Source: Octopus sinensis (taxonomy: Eukaryota). From it: DNA of 64,000 nucleotides. How positions within the stretch are numbered: position 1 is the first letter of the stretch; each line of letters opens with the position of its first letter. Below are positions 52,947 through 64,000 of the stretch, one piece after another. The stretch spans positions 107,570,001 to 107,634,000 of the forward strand of contig NC_043003.1 in NCBI RefSeq assembly GCF_006345805.1. The letters run 5' to 3'. The translations under genes were made by a program, and so were the position numbers. A model generated the notes under the pieces. It was not told where the DNA came from. It worked only from the letters and a program-made list of their open reading frames with translations, and searched no databases.

Positions 52947-53348
52947 ATTCTACGTTGGGGATGCAAATCCTCTCATTCGCGTACGACATAATGCGGCAAC
53001 AGCACAAAAATGAAGCGTCCATCTCGTCCTTCTCTCAATGTAGAATGAGGAAGTTTGGATGTTGAGGTAATATAAATAAATGAATAAATAAATATATACA
53101 TATATAAATACAGACAGACGTGAAGGAATCTGGTAATAAGAGTAAATATTTACTCTTATTACCAGGTTCCTTCACGTCTGTCTGTATTTATATATGTATA
53201 TATTTATTTATTCATTTATTTATATTACCTCAACATCCAAACTTCCTCATTCTACATTGAGAGAAGGACGAGATGGACGCTTCATTTTTGTGCTGTTGCC
53301 GCATTATGTCGTACGCGAATGAGAGGATTTGCATCCCCAACGTAGAAT
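52947..53348. repeat. 402-bp spacerless near-perfect palindrome
   Basis: Centre GAGTAAAT|ATTTACTC at 53147/53148; 201-bp arms with one mismatch noticed. Confidence 0.95.
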
Positions 53349-53384
53349 TTTTGATGTAATACGTCCTTGAGGTAGTAATTGTGC

Positions 53385-53462
53385 GCGGCTGAAGAAGGCC
53401 ATAGACACACATTATGCATTGTTATAAATCCGTCTAATAATGGCCCGAAACATATGTACCGC
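53385..53462 (+). ncRNA. Type I minimal hammerhead ribozyme (Penelope-type)
   Basis: Stem I GCGG/CCGC; core CTGAAGA 53389-53395; stem II GGCCA/TGGCC plus TAGAC/GTCTA; GAAA 53447-53450; palindromic stem III ACATATGT; predicted cleavage after GTA at 53458. Confidence 0.7.
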
Positions 53463-53563
53463 TGAATCCTTGGCATCATGTTTTTATTTTGATTATTTAC
53501 TCCACCACCTACACCACCAAACGGTATATACAGGTGCTTACAATTATCAAGTACTCACCCTGA

Positions 53564-53632
<69 letters not shown>

Positions 53633-53646
53633 TATATATATATGTA

Positions 53647-53695
<49 letters not shown>

Positions 53696-53711
53696 TATAT
53701 ATTATATATAT

Positions 53712-53745
<34 letters not shown>

Positions 53746-53776
53746 ACACACACAGACACACACACACAGACACACA

Positions 53777-53815
<39 letters not shown>

Positions 53816-54639
53816 TATATACATGACGAGCTCCTACGCAGTTCCCCTCTACCAAATTCATTCACTCACAAGGCTTTGGTCGGCCTGGGGTTATAGTGGG
53901 ACTGAATCCGATACATCGTGGTTGTGATGGCAGTTTCTTAACCACGAAGCTATGCCTTCGACTACATCTGCGCATTTGAATTTAAAAGAAAATCTTCAAT
54001 TATTTAAATTATTATCTGTTAGCTAAACGATAAATATTTTACACAAAAAGGAAGAACAAAACAAAGTACATATTCCTCACCCCCCCCCCATCCGTCTGGC
54101 TTCTATCAGGCCCTTTTTACACCAGACTGCTTTTTAGAATTGGTATCTGCTAATGAAGCTGAAAACAACACGCTCTCAGCTCGGTTCGGTTCGAACTTCG
54201 AATATGATAAAATAGATTGATTTAAGTTGCAATTTAGTTAGAATCAAGATAAGAAAGACTAACAGATTGATATTGCTCCTTGCTTCTTTTTTTTCTTTTT
54301 CTTTTCTTACTTTTTCTTTATTTTATTTTGTACTTAGCTTTCACTTGTTTATTAATTAAAATGAGCGGCAGATAGATAGAGAGAAAGAAAGAAAAAGAGC
54401 GGCAATGTGGGGGTGGGGGGTGGGGGTGAGAAAATATTGTTGATTAATGGGAAGCTATGTAACCGTTAATATCAATATTTTGAACGATTCCAGAATGGAG
54501 GCGCCGTACTTTTGATGATAAAACCTAAAAATATAACCTTTTCAGTGCAAAATATATCAATCAAATGCGATGTTGTATAAGAGTTTGGTTTTCGTAAACT
54601 GTCGCCGCCCCCGCCGCCGCTGCTACTGTCACAGCTTCC

Positions 54640-55440
54640 ACAAGCACCTTCTCCCCCTCTTCATCCTCCTCCCCTCCTCCTTCTCCTCCGTCTCTTCTTT
54701 CTCCTCCCAAACCTTCCCCTTCCACTCACCTCATCCTCATCCTCATCCTCATCCTCTTCCTTCTCCTGCTCACCCCCTTTCTCTTCCTTTTCCTTCTCCT
54801 CTGCCTCCTCCCCTTCCCCTTCCTCTTCTTCTCTTTCTCCTCTTCCTCCTCTTCCTCCTCTTCCTCTTCCTTCTCCTCCCCCTCATCATCCTCTCCTTCC
54901 TCCCCTCACCTCTTCCTCTTCCCTTTACTTCTCCTCCCCTCCTCCCTTTCCTCTTCCTTCTCATCCCCTTTCCTTCTCCCTCCCATTCCTCCTCCCTCCC
55001 TTCCCCCCTTCCTCCACTTCATCCCCTCCCCTCCTCTTCCACCTCCTTCATCTTCTCCTCCTCCCCTTGCTTCCTCTTCTCCTTCCCTTTCTTCCTCCTC
55101 GTCCTCCGTTTCCTTCTCTTCCTCCTCGTCCTCCGTTTCCTTTTCTGCCTCTTTCTTTTTCATGCCCCCCTCCTCCTCCGCCTCCCCTTGCTCCTCTCCC
55201 TGAATCTCTTCGACCCATTTCTCATACAACTAAGACGATATCCAACAAAACACGGACAACGACTACCACCACCACCACCACCACCACCACCACCACCGCC
55301 ACCACCACCACCAACGTCATCCTCTTCATCATCATCATCATTAACACCATCATCATCAGACGACGACGACCAGTAACACGCCCACACCTTTACCATCATC
55401 ATCATCACCATCATCATCATCGACATCATATCATCATCAC
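54640..55440. repeat. CT-rich low-complexity tract and (CCA)n/(CAT)n repeats
   Basis: Seen directly; polypyrimidine/polypurine asymmetry. Confidence 0.9.
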
Positions 55441-55879
55441 AAGGATCAACATGAATTTAAAAGCCGTGCTCATACTTAATGCAAACTTGAACTTTGACAC
55501 TCGAAATAATCTGTAATGTCTAAACATGAAAAGAGACACAACTCATCTCATTTGCCGAGTTCTGCGAACATTTCTCCAGCTTCAGGTTTAACAGAGAAGT
55601 CAATCAAATGAAAGACAAAAGGAAATGAAGAGGAAGAGGAAATGGACTTAATTTGTTAACCCCGAAATCTCCAATAAACAAATATAACCCGAAATGTCTC
55701 GAGGCAACGATGTGCATCAAATATATGTAACTTGTTATTAATGTTTTTGTATGAAGAATTCTGAGAAGACTTGAATGTCAACAGTTAGGTGGCGAGTAAC
55801 TTTGCAAGTATACATTTGCCTCCACGGGCAGCAAACAGTCAGCATTTAAAATACTATGTACATTTTCGTATGCGCGCGC

Positions 55880-55888
55880 GCGATGTAC

Positions 55889-55959
<71 letters not shown>

Positions 55960-55972
55960 ACATACATGTATG

Positions 55973-56018
<46 letters not shown>

Positions 56019-56087
56019 CATGTATGTATATGTATATATATACATGTATACTATATATATATATATACATGTATACATACATGTATG

Positions 56088-56140
<53 letters not shown>

Positions 56141-56184
56141 TACATGTATGTATATATATATATACATGTATACTATATATATAT

Positions 56185-56222
<38 letters not shown>

Positions 56223-56237
56223 AACATATAGGTATGT

Positions 56238-56289
<52 letters not shown>

Positions 56290-56290
56290 G
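55880..56290. repeat. (TA)n/(TACATG) microsatellite
   Basis: Seen directly. Confidence 0.9.
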
Positions 56291-56539
56291 GAGTAGATGA
56301 AACCATGGCGACTGAAAAAGGGGATTTTCCTTGTGTTATTTGTCCTGTACTCTATTTTTTCGTTGTTTAAGAAAAATGTCCTGTTCCTTGGTTTTGTGTT
56401 AATGTTTTCGTTTCTCATTGTGTTCGACGTTTTTTTGGTGTCCTGTACCCATATATGCATGTATATATACATGTAGAGGTAGGTACGTACATATATGTAT
56501 GTATATATATATATGCATATGTTTTATTTATTTATTATT

Positions 56540-56577
<38 letters not shown>

Positions 56578-56959
56578 TATGTATGTATGTATATATATAT
56601 ATGTGTGTGTCTCCCCCCCTCTCTCACATTTCTTTGCCTTTCTTACTTTGCACTTCACTGTCCCTGTCTTTCTTTTTTCTCGCCAAGCCTTGACAAGCTC
56701 TCTTTCTTCTCCCCCTCCTTAATTCCTTGTTCCTCTTTTTCTCTCTCTTCTCCCCCTCTTTAATTCCTTTGCCCCCTCTTTTTCTCTCTCTTCTCTTCTC
56801 ACGTGACCGCTGGCCAACTATAGCCCTTTCGCTTCGGACCGCCGTCACGATAACAGCACACCAGTTATGATATCTTTCCTCAGCGTTTCTTCTAAGTTTC
56901 TAACCAAATTTCCTTCTATTCTATTTCTTTCTATCAACGACACCTTATAAATCTTAATA

Positions 56960-59900
56960 TATTCTATTCTATCTGCCATTTTCAGGCCAAACACCATTGG
57001 GGATTGACGCTATCAACACCCACTTAACCAATTCACTAATTCGGTCTCTGTAAGCTTGGCACACCGAGAGTGACGTGTCCAGCTTATAGTAGGTCGACCG
57101 TGCAGATTGCAAATTTGTAGCCTGTGTAACCGATGATTTTAAAAAGTGGACAACTTATGCTATCCTTATTTACTTGCATACAGACTACTCTATCTAGATT
57201 CGACCTAGATTATCTGATGCAATTCGTCCATGTCCTCACTGGCACAATTAGGAAATCCAGGCGTTACCTGTCAGACAGTTGAAAACGTATGAGCAGCTTT
57301 GTGAGGCTTTTGCACCCTCCTCTTCTAACAGTTAGCCCCACACAATATAAACGAGCATCCATGATGGCGTTCTAGTCACACTAAAAATCGAGACTTTCTC
57401 AAGAAATATTTCTAGACTTCTGAAGAAGTTCGGCTGTCCTACCTCTGTTGGAACATAGACAGTCACCAGTCGGAAGACAATCTTCACGTTACTGTTCACA
57501 TCCAAGATCACCAACTTACCTTCTGAGTCCTGGAAGATGGTCCTTATCTTGAGATCCAGGCATTTCTGGAAGGACATCGTAGTCCTCACTCCCATTCCCG
57601 GGTGACATGGAGATAAGTAAATCCCGTTTCAGTCGAAAATTGGTTTGAAAGTTTCTCGATGGAAAGTCTGGTCTTACAGATAGCCACGACATCTATACTT
57701 AGTGACCTGAGGATATTGAGTAGGTGGTCCTGCTTCCAAGGCGACCCTAAGCCATGACATCTATACTTAGTGACCTGAGATTATTGAGTAGGTGGTCCTG
57801 CTTCCAAGGCGACCCTAAGCCACGACATCTATACTTAGTGACCTGAGGATATTGAGTAGGTGGTCCTGCTTCCAAGGCGACCCTAAGCCACGACATCTAT
57901 ACTTAGTGACCTGAGGTTATTGAGTAGGTGGTCCTGCTTCCAAGGCGACCCTAAGCCACGACATCTATACTTAGTGACCTGAGGATATTGAGTAGGTGGT
58001 CCTGCTTCCAAGGCGACCCTAAGCCACGACATCTATACTTAGTGACCTGAGGTTATTGAGTAGGTGGTCCTGCTTCCAAGGCGACCCCAAGCCACGACAT
58101 CTATACTTAGTGACCTGAGGTTATTGAGTAGGTGGTCCTGCTTCCAAGGCGACCCTAAGCCACGACATCTATACTTAGTGACCTGAGGTTATTGAGTCGG
58201 TGGTCCTGCTTCCAAGGCGACCCTAAGCCACGACATCTATACTTAGTGACCTGAGTTATTGAGTAGGTGGTCCTGCTTCCAAGGCGACCCTAAGCCACGA
58301 CATCTATACTTAGTGACCTGAGGTTATTGAGTAGGTGGTCCTGCTTCCAAGGCGACCCTAAGCCACGACATCTATACTTAGTGACCTGAGGTTATTGAGT
58401 AGGTGGTCCTGCTTCCAAGGCGACCCTAAGCCACGACATCTATACTTAGTGACCTGAGGTTATTGAGTAGGTGGTCCTGCTTCCAAGGCGACCCTAAGCC
58501 ACGACATCTATACTTAGTGACCTGAGGTTATTGAGTAGGTGGTCCTGCTTCCAAGGCGACCCTAAGCCACAACATCTATACTTAGTGACCTGAGGTTATT
58601 GAGTAGGTGGTCCTGCTTCCAAGGCAACCCTAAGCCACGACATCTATACCTAGTGACCTGAGGTTATTGAGTAGGTGGTCCTGCTTCCAGGCGACCCTAA
58701 GCCACGACATCTATACTTAGTGACCTGAGGTTATTGAGTAGGTGGTCCTGCTTCCAGGCGACCCTAAGCCACGACATCTATACTTAGTGACCTGAGGTTA
58801 TTGAGTAGGTGGTCCTGCTTCCAAGCGACCCCAAGCCACGACATCTATACTTAGTGACCTGAAGTTATTGAGTAGGTGGTCCTGCTTCCAAGGCGACCCT
58901 AAGCCACGACATCTATACTTAGTGACCTGAGGTTATTGAGTAGGTGGTCCTGCTTCCAAGGCGACCCCAAGCCACGACATCTATACTTAGTGACCTGAGG
59001 TTATTGAGTAGGTGGTCCTGCTTCCAAGGCGACCCTAAGCCACGACATCTATACTTAGTGACCTGAGGTTATTGAGTCGGTGGTCCTGCTTCCAAGGCGA
59101 CCCTAAGCCACGACATCTATACTTAGTGACCTGAGGTTATTGAGTAGGTGGTCCTGCTTCCAAGGCGACCCCAAGCCACGACATCTATACTTAGTGACCT
59201 GAGGTTATTGAGTAGGTGGTCCTGCTTCCAAGGCGACCCTAAGCCACGACATCTATACTTAGTGACCTGAGGTTATTGAGTCGGTGGTCCTGCTTCCAAG
59301 GCGACCCTAAGCCACGACATCTATACTTAGTGACTGAGGTTATTGAGTAGGTGGTCCTGCTTCCAAGGCGACCCTAAGCCACGACATCTATACTTAGTGA
59401 CCTGAGGTTATTGAGTAGGTGGTCCTGCTTCCAAGGCGACCCTAAGCCACGACATCTATACTTAGTGACCTGAGGTTATTGAGTAGGTGGTCCTGCTTCC
59501 AAGGCGACCCTAAGCCACGACATCTATACTTAGTGACCTGAGGTTATTGAGTCGGTGGTCCTGCTTCAAGGCGACCCTAAGCCACGACATCTATACTTAG
59601 TGACCTGAGGTTATTGAGTAGGTGGTCCTGCTTCCAAGGCGACCCTAAGCCACGACATCTATACTTAGTGACCTGAGGTTATTGAGTAAGTGGTCCTGCT
59701 TCCAAGGCGACCTAAGCCACGACATCTATACTGAGTGACCTGAGGTTATTGAGTAGGTGGTCCTGCTTCCAAGGCGACCCTAAGCCACGACATCTATACT
59801 TAGTGACCTGAGGTTATTGAGTAGGTGGTCCTGCTTCCAAGGCGACCCTAAGCCACGACATCTATACTTAGTGACTGAGGTTATTGAGTAGGTGGTCCTG

Positions 59901-62760
59901 CTTCCAAGGCGACCCCAAGCCACGACATCTATACTTAGTGACCTGAGGTTATTGAGTAGGTGGTCCTGCTTCCAAGGCGACCCTAAGCCACGACATCTAT
60001 ACTTAGTGACCTGAGGTTATTGAGTAGGTGGTCCTGCTTCCAAGGCGACCCTAAGCCACGACATCTATACTTAGTGACCTGAGGTTATTGAGTAGGTGGT
60101 CCTGCTTCCAAGGCGACCCTAATCCACGACATCTATACTTAGTGACCTGAGGTTATTGAGTCGGTGGTCCTGCTTCCAAGGCGACCCTAAGCCACGACAT
60201 CTATACTTAGTGACCTGAGGTTATTGAGTAGGTGGTCCTGCTTCCAAGGCGACCCCAAGCCACGACATCTATACTTAGTGACCTGAGGTTATTGAGTAGG
60301 TGGTCCTGCTTCCAGGCGACCCTAAGCCACGACATCTATACTTAGTGACCTGAGGTTATTGAGTCGGTGGTCCTGCTTCCAAGGCGACCCTAAGCCACGA
60401 CATCTATACTTAGTGACCTGAGGTTATTGAGTAGGTGGTCCTGCTTCCAAGGCGACCCTAAGCCACGACATCTATACTTAGTGACCTGAGGTTATTGAGT
60501 AGGTGGTCCTGCTTCCAAGGCGACCCTAAGCCACGACATCTATACTTAGTGACCTGAGGTTATTGAGTAGGTGGTCCTGCTTCCAAGGCGACCCTAAGCC
60601 ACGACATCTATACTTAGTGACCTGAGGTTATTGAGTCGGTGGTCCTGCTTCCAAGGCGACCCTAAGCCACGACATCTATACTTAGTGACCTGAGGTTATT
60701 GAGTAGGTGGTCCTGCTTCCAAGGCGACCCTAAGCCACGACATCTATACTTAGTGACCTGAGGTTATTGAGTAAGTGGTCCTGCTTCCAAGGCGACCCTA
60801 AGCCACGACATCTATACTGAGTGACCTGAGGTTATTGAGTAGGTGGTCCTGCTTCCAAGGCGACCCTAAGCCACGACATCTATACTTAGTGACCTGAGGT
60901 TATTGAGTAGGTGGTCCTGCTTCCAAGGCGACCCTAAGCCACGACATCTATACTTAGTGACCTGAGGTTATTGAGTAGGTGGTCCTGCTTCCAGGCGACC
61001 CTAAGCCACGACATCTATACTTAGTGACCTGAGGTTATTGAGTAGGTGGTCCTGCTTCCAAGGCGACCCTAAGCCACGACATCTATACTTAGTGACCTGA
61101 GGTTATTGAGTAGGTGGTCCTGCTTCCAGGCGACCCTAAGCCACGACATCTATACTTAGTGACCTGAGGTTATTGAGTAAGTGGTCCTGCTTCCAAGGCG
61201 ACCCTAAGCCACGACATCTATACTGAGTGACCTGAGGTTATTGAGTAGGTGGTCCTGCTTCCAAGGCGACCCTAAGCCACGACATCTATACTTAGTGACC
61301 TGAGGTTATTGAGTCGGTGGTCCTGCTTCCAAGGCGACCCTAAGCCGTGTGCATTTATACTGCTTATTCCGAGCAAGGCCATGTTTGTCGGAGAGAAGGT
61401 GAGTGAAGAGAATCGCCCTATTTCTTTGGAGAGATAGGTGTTCCCTCCTGGCTATTTGTGGATGTCTCCACAAGCATTTCTATGTTGGGTTTTTCTGTAT
61501 ACTGCTCCATTGGAATCTTCCATTTCTTTGGGATATTTTGCTTTCAGTTTGTTGTTTTTATCAATTTTAGGTGAATAGGAGTGTTATGCGGGTGTTCCAT
61601 GGATTCATTTAGAGTAATATTTGTGTATTTTTGAATATGTTTTATTAAGTTTTTATCGTTTGTGCCTATGACCGTGTAACTAGTGCTGTCTTGGAAGTGC
61701 TGTTCATGTTGTTGGTCTGGATTGCTACGTGTTTTCGTTTGTTGCGGTGTTTGAAGCGTTGATGTTGGTTTAGTGTGTGTGGGCGTGTGTTGGTTCGTTG
61801 GTTTCTGTGTCACCTCTTCTAATCCCTTTTTTGGTCTTGTACCGCATTGTTCATTTTGTAATTGTTTTCATTTTCCTTTCACCAGGATCCATTCTTGTGA
61901 TTTTTTCAAAATTACTTTCCTCACTAGACGAGTTTTCACAGTCGGAGAAATTTGTGGCAGGAGAGAGAAGAAAGCCGGTGATCTGTTCGGTTGGTGTGTG
62001 TGAGACTTCTCTCAGTTGCAACAGTGTAGGAGGTTGTTATAGTTTTTCTCAGGTGTAGTGCCGTTGCTTGCTGCTGACGTTGTTGAGTGGATCACTCCCG
62101 CTGCTCCTTCAGTTGATGTTGTTTTAGATGTTGCTGCTCTTGGCACTGATGCTGTTGGTGTTGTTGTTGGTGCTGCGGCTGTTGCTAATGTTGTTGTGTT
62201 AACGGTGTCGATTTCTGTGCCTAACTAACATTCCTTTCCATTTTGTGCACTTGGAGAATTGATTTATTCACTATGCCATATAATATGGCTGCCATCAGCA
62301 AAGAGCTATCCATGTCTGGTGGTGCCTCTGCTACCTTTATTCAGTCCTTCTCCGACCGAGGTATGTCAAAATTGGCCCCTATTCCCCACTTTTGAAGGTT
62401 GTTGCACCTTCTTTCGCTTTTTCTTCAGTTTGGAATCTCACCTCAACTGTGCCAAAGCATCTCGCACGGGAGAGATAAGTTTCTATTCACCAGATTGGTT
62501 TTAGGCATTTTTCAATCTTGGCCTGCTTCGCTCTCTCCAGTCTCCTGGTTATTGATGTAGATAATAGTTTTTTTTGTAGTATATTTTTGTATTTCCTTTG
62601 GCGTGTTTAAAAATATTGTTCTTCCATTCTTTGGTAAGTGCGATTTGGCATCACTTAACGTTTTTCCGACGCATTAACTTTCTCCTGTCGACGACTCACT
62701 TATGCGAAACCGTTCCCATTTTGTTTAGAAATAAGAACGGACATTGTTTCCGTTGTATTC
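56960..62760 (-). mobile_element. Degenerate Tx1/L1-clade LINE (5'UTR, ORF1, APE domain of ORF2; RT missing), split by a minisatellite
   Basis: ORF1 fragments IEKCLKPIW...RARCFGTVEVRFQTEEKAKE...LTYLGRR (62260-62600). ORF2 starts at 61382 MALLGISSINAHGLGSPWKQDHLLNNLRSLSIDVVAICKTRL, then DSEGKLVILDV...FRLVTVYVPT...FF and WTWT..SRS.LDRV. Confidence 0.85.
57683..61346. repeat. 68-bp tandem minisatellite, about 54 copies
   Basis: Unit GCCACGACATCTATACTTAGTGACCTGAGGTTATTGAGTAGGTGGTCCTGCTTCCAAGGCGACCCTAA; period 68 (e.g. 57955 to 58023); no spacers. Confidence 0.98.
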
Positions 62761-62769
62761 TTTTCTGCT

Positions 62770-62888
62770 CTAGGCACAAGGCCCGAAATTTTGGGGGAGG
62801 GAGCCAGTCGGTTAGATCGACCCTAGTACGCAAATGGCACTTAATTTATCGACCCCGAAAGGATGAAAGGTAAAGTCGACCTCGGCGG
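62770..62888 (-). mobile_element. Family-A SINE 3' fragment
   Basis: CTAGGCACAAGGCCCGAAATTTTGGGG...GTCGACCTCGGCGG as in 13610-13730. Confidence 0.8.
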
Positions 62889-63019
62889 GGTGTTTCTGTA
62901 ATATATTGTGTTGGTGATGGTAGTGGTGGTGGTGGCGGTGTATTTGCTGTTGTTGCTTCCTTTTCACATTGCTCTCTTTTGTTGTTCACGTGATGGCGAT
63001 GTTGAAACTTACGATAAAC

Positions 63020-63258
63020 GTCACCCTTTTCAAGCCTAGCCAGACTCATGGGCCCGGTTTCCCGGTTTCTGTGGCGTATGTGTTCCCCCCAGCTGGACGG
63101 GACGCCAGTCTATCGCAGCGTTACTCAAGAAACAGGAAGAGAGCGTGAGAGAAAGTTGTGGCGAAAGAGTACAATAGGGGTCACCACTGTACCCGGCCAG
63201 AGACTCGTGGAGCTTTTAGGTGTTTTCGCTCAATAAACACACACAACGCCCGGTCTGG
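63020..63258 (-). mobile_element. SINE body (same family as 753-1057)
   Basis: Shared GTGTTTAT.GAGCGAAA.CACCTAAA and GA.AGACTGGCGTCCCGTCCAG segments. Confidence 0.75.
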
Positions 63259-63419
63259 GAACTACAGATGAAGAAAACTAACCAGTTCTCCAAGCTTATG
63301 GTTAGTTTATCTATAAAACGATAACAAATGTGCAATACATAACCTTGTGTAACAATAGAAATAATAACAAACTTACAGGAGTGATGTACAATATACGTTG
63401 ATAGACGAATAAAATAATA

Positions 63420-63620
63420 ATGGTTTCCAATTTTAGCACAAAACCAGTAAATTCAGGGGAGGGGGTAAATCGATTACATTGACCCCAATGTTTAACTAGT
63501 ACTTATTTTATCGACTCCGAATGGATGAAAAGCAAAGTCGACCTTGGCGAAATTTGAACTCAGGACGAAACGCTGCCAAGCATTTTACCTGGCGTTTTAA
63601 CTATTCTGCTAGCTCACCAC
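63420..63620 (-). mobile_element. Diverged family-A SINE
   Basis: GATGAAAAGCAAAGTCGACCTTGGCGAAATTTGAACTCAG core and head remnants. Confidence 0.75.
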
Positions 63621-64000
63621 CCTCACCATCTTCTTGATAATAATAGTAATAATAATAATAAGCGGATAAAACGATTTCATTTTGTACAAGAGAAAAAAAT
63701 GGGATGTAGTTGTTCAACAGGTAATGCAGTGTGTGTTGCTTCAAGCGATTTACTGGGCGTTTATCAATTACTGTGCAGAGTTGGTACCAGTCAGTGTTAC
63801 AGTTCGGTCTTGTATCTGGTTATAGTAAACCAGGGTAGTGATAAATGCTGTTACATAAGGCGCTAGTTCTGGGCAACTCGGGACCTCGAGGCAATTTCAT
63901 TTCGATGTTGAATTCACAATACTAATTATTTCTCGAACATTAAACTAAATTACATCATACTTTGATTGCCATTGAAGTTAACGTTCTACACTCCAATAAA

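Noticed and set aside
54570-55516. Pro/Leu- or Glu-rich ORFs as a host gene exon
   Set aside because: Simple-repeat composition, no domain similarity, no convincing splice or neighbouring exons.
57683-61346. CRISPR array
   Set aside because: Head-to-tail units with no unique spacers, no cas genes, eukaryotic context; the unit derives from LINE coding sequence.
57683-61346. Telomeric or subtelomeric repeat (CCCTAA in each unit)
   Set aside because: Only one hexamer per unit, explained by the codons GGC TTA GGG of the ancestral ORF.

Overview
AT-rich, microsatellite-dense animal genomic DNA. The SINE and LINE repertoire looks cephalopod/Octopus-like (inference from recalled repeat families, not a database search). 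Only one host gene is supportable: RPS10 (eS10, + strand, 5 coding exons 20841-29962, 156 aa). It has two candidate 5'-TOP non-coding first exons and an intronic box C/D snoRNA whose guide matches U6 C62 (SNORD94/U94-like). The rest is layered transposon relics: CR1/L2-type LINEs (one near full-length plus a ~99% identical truncated neighbour), RTE, Tx1/L1, an RLE-type non-LTR, a Neptune-type Penelope element, mariner, Chapaev3, Helitron, a Gypsy remnant, MITEs and tRNA-derived SINEs. Highlights: (1) a ~3.7 kb, ~54-copy 68-bp minisatellite amplified from the endonuclease N-terminus of a dead Tx1 LINE, with internal higher-order structure; (2) several long, near-perfect fold-back palindromes (160-690 bp) that contain or adjoin Penelope-type minimal hammerhead ribozyme motifs, including one near-canonical hammerhead at 53385-53462; (3) the U6-guiding snoRNA. 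All calls were made by eye; element boundaries are approximate unless defined by TSD/TIR or splice sites.
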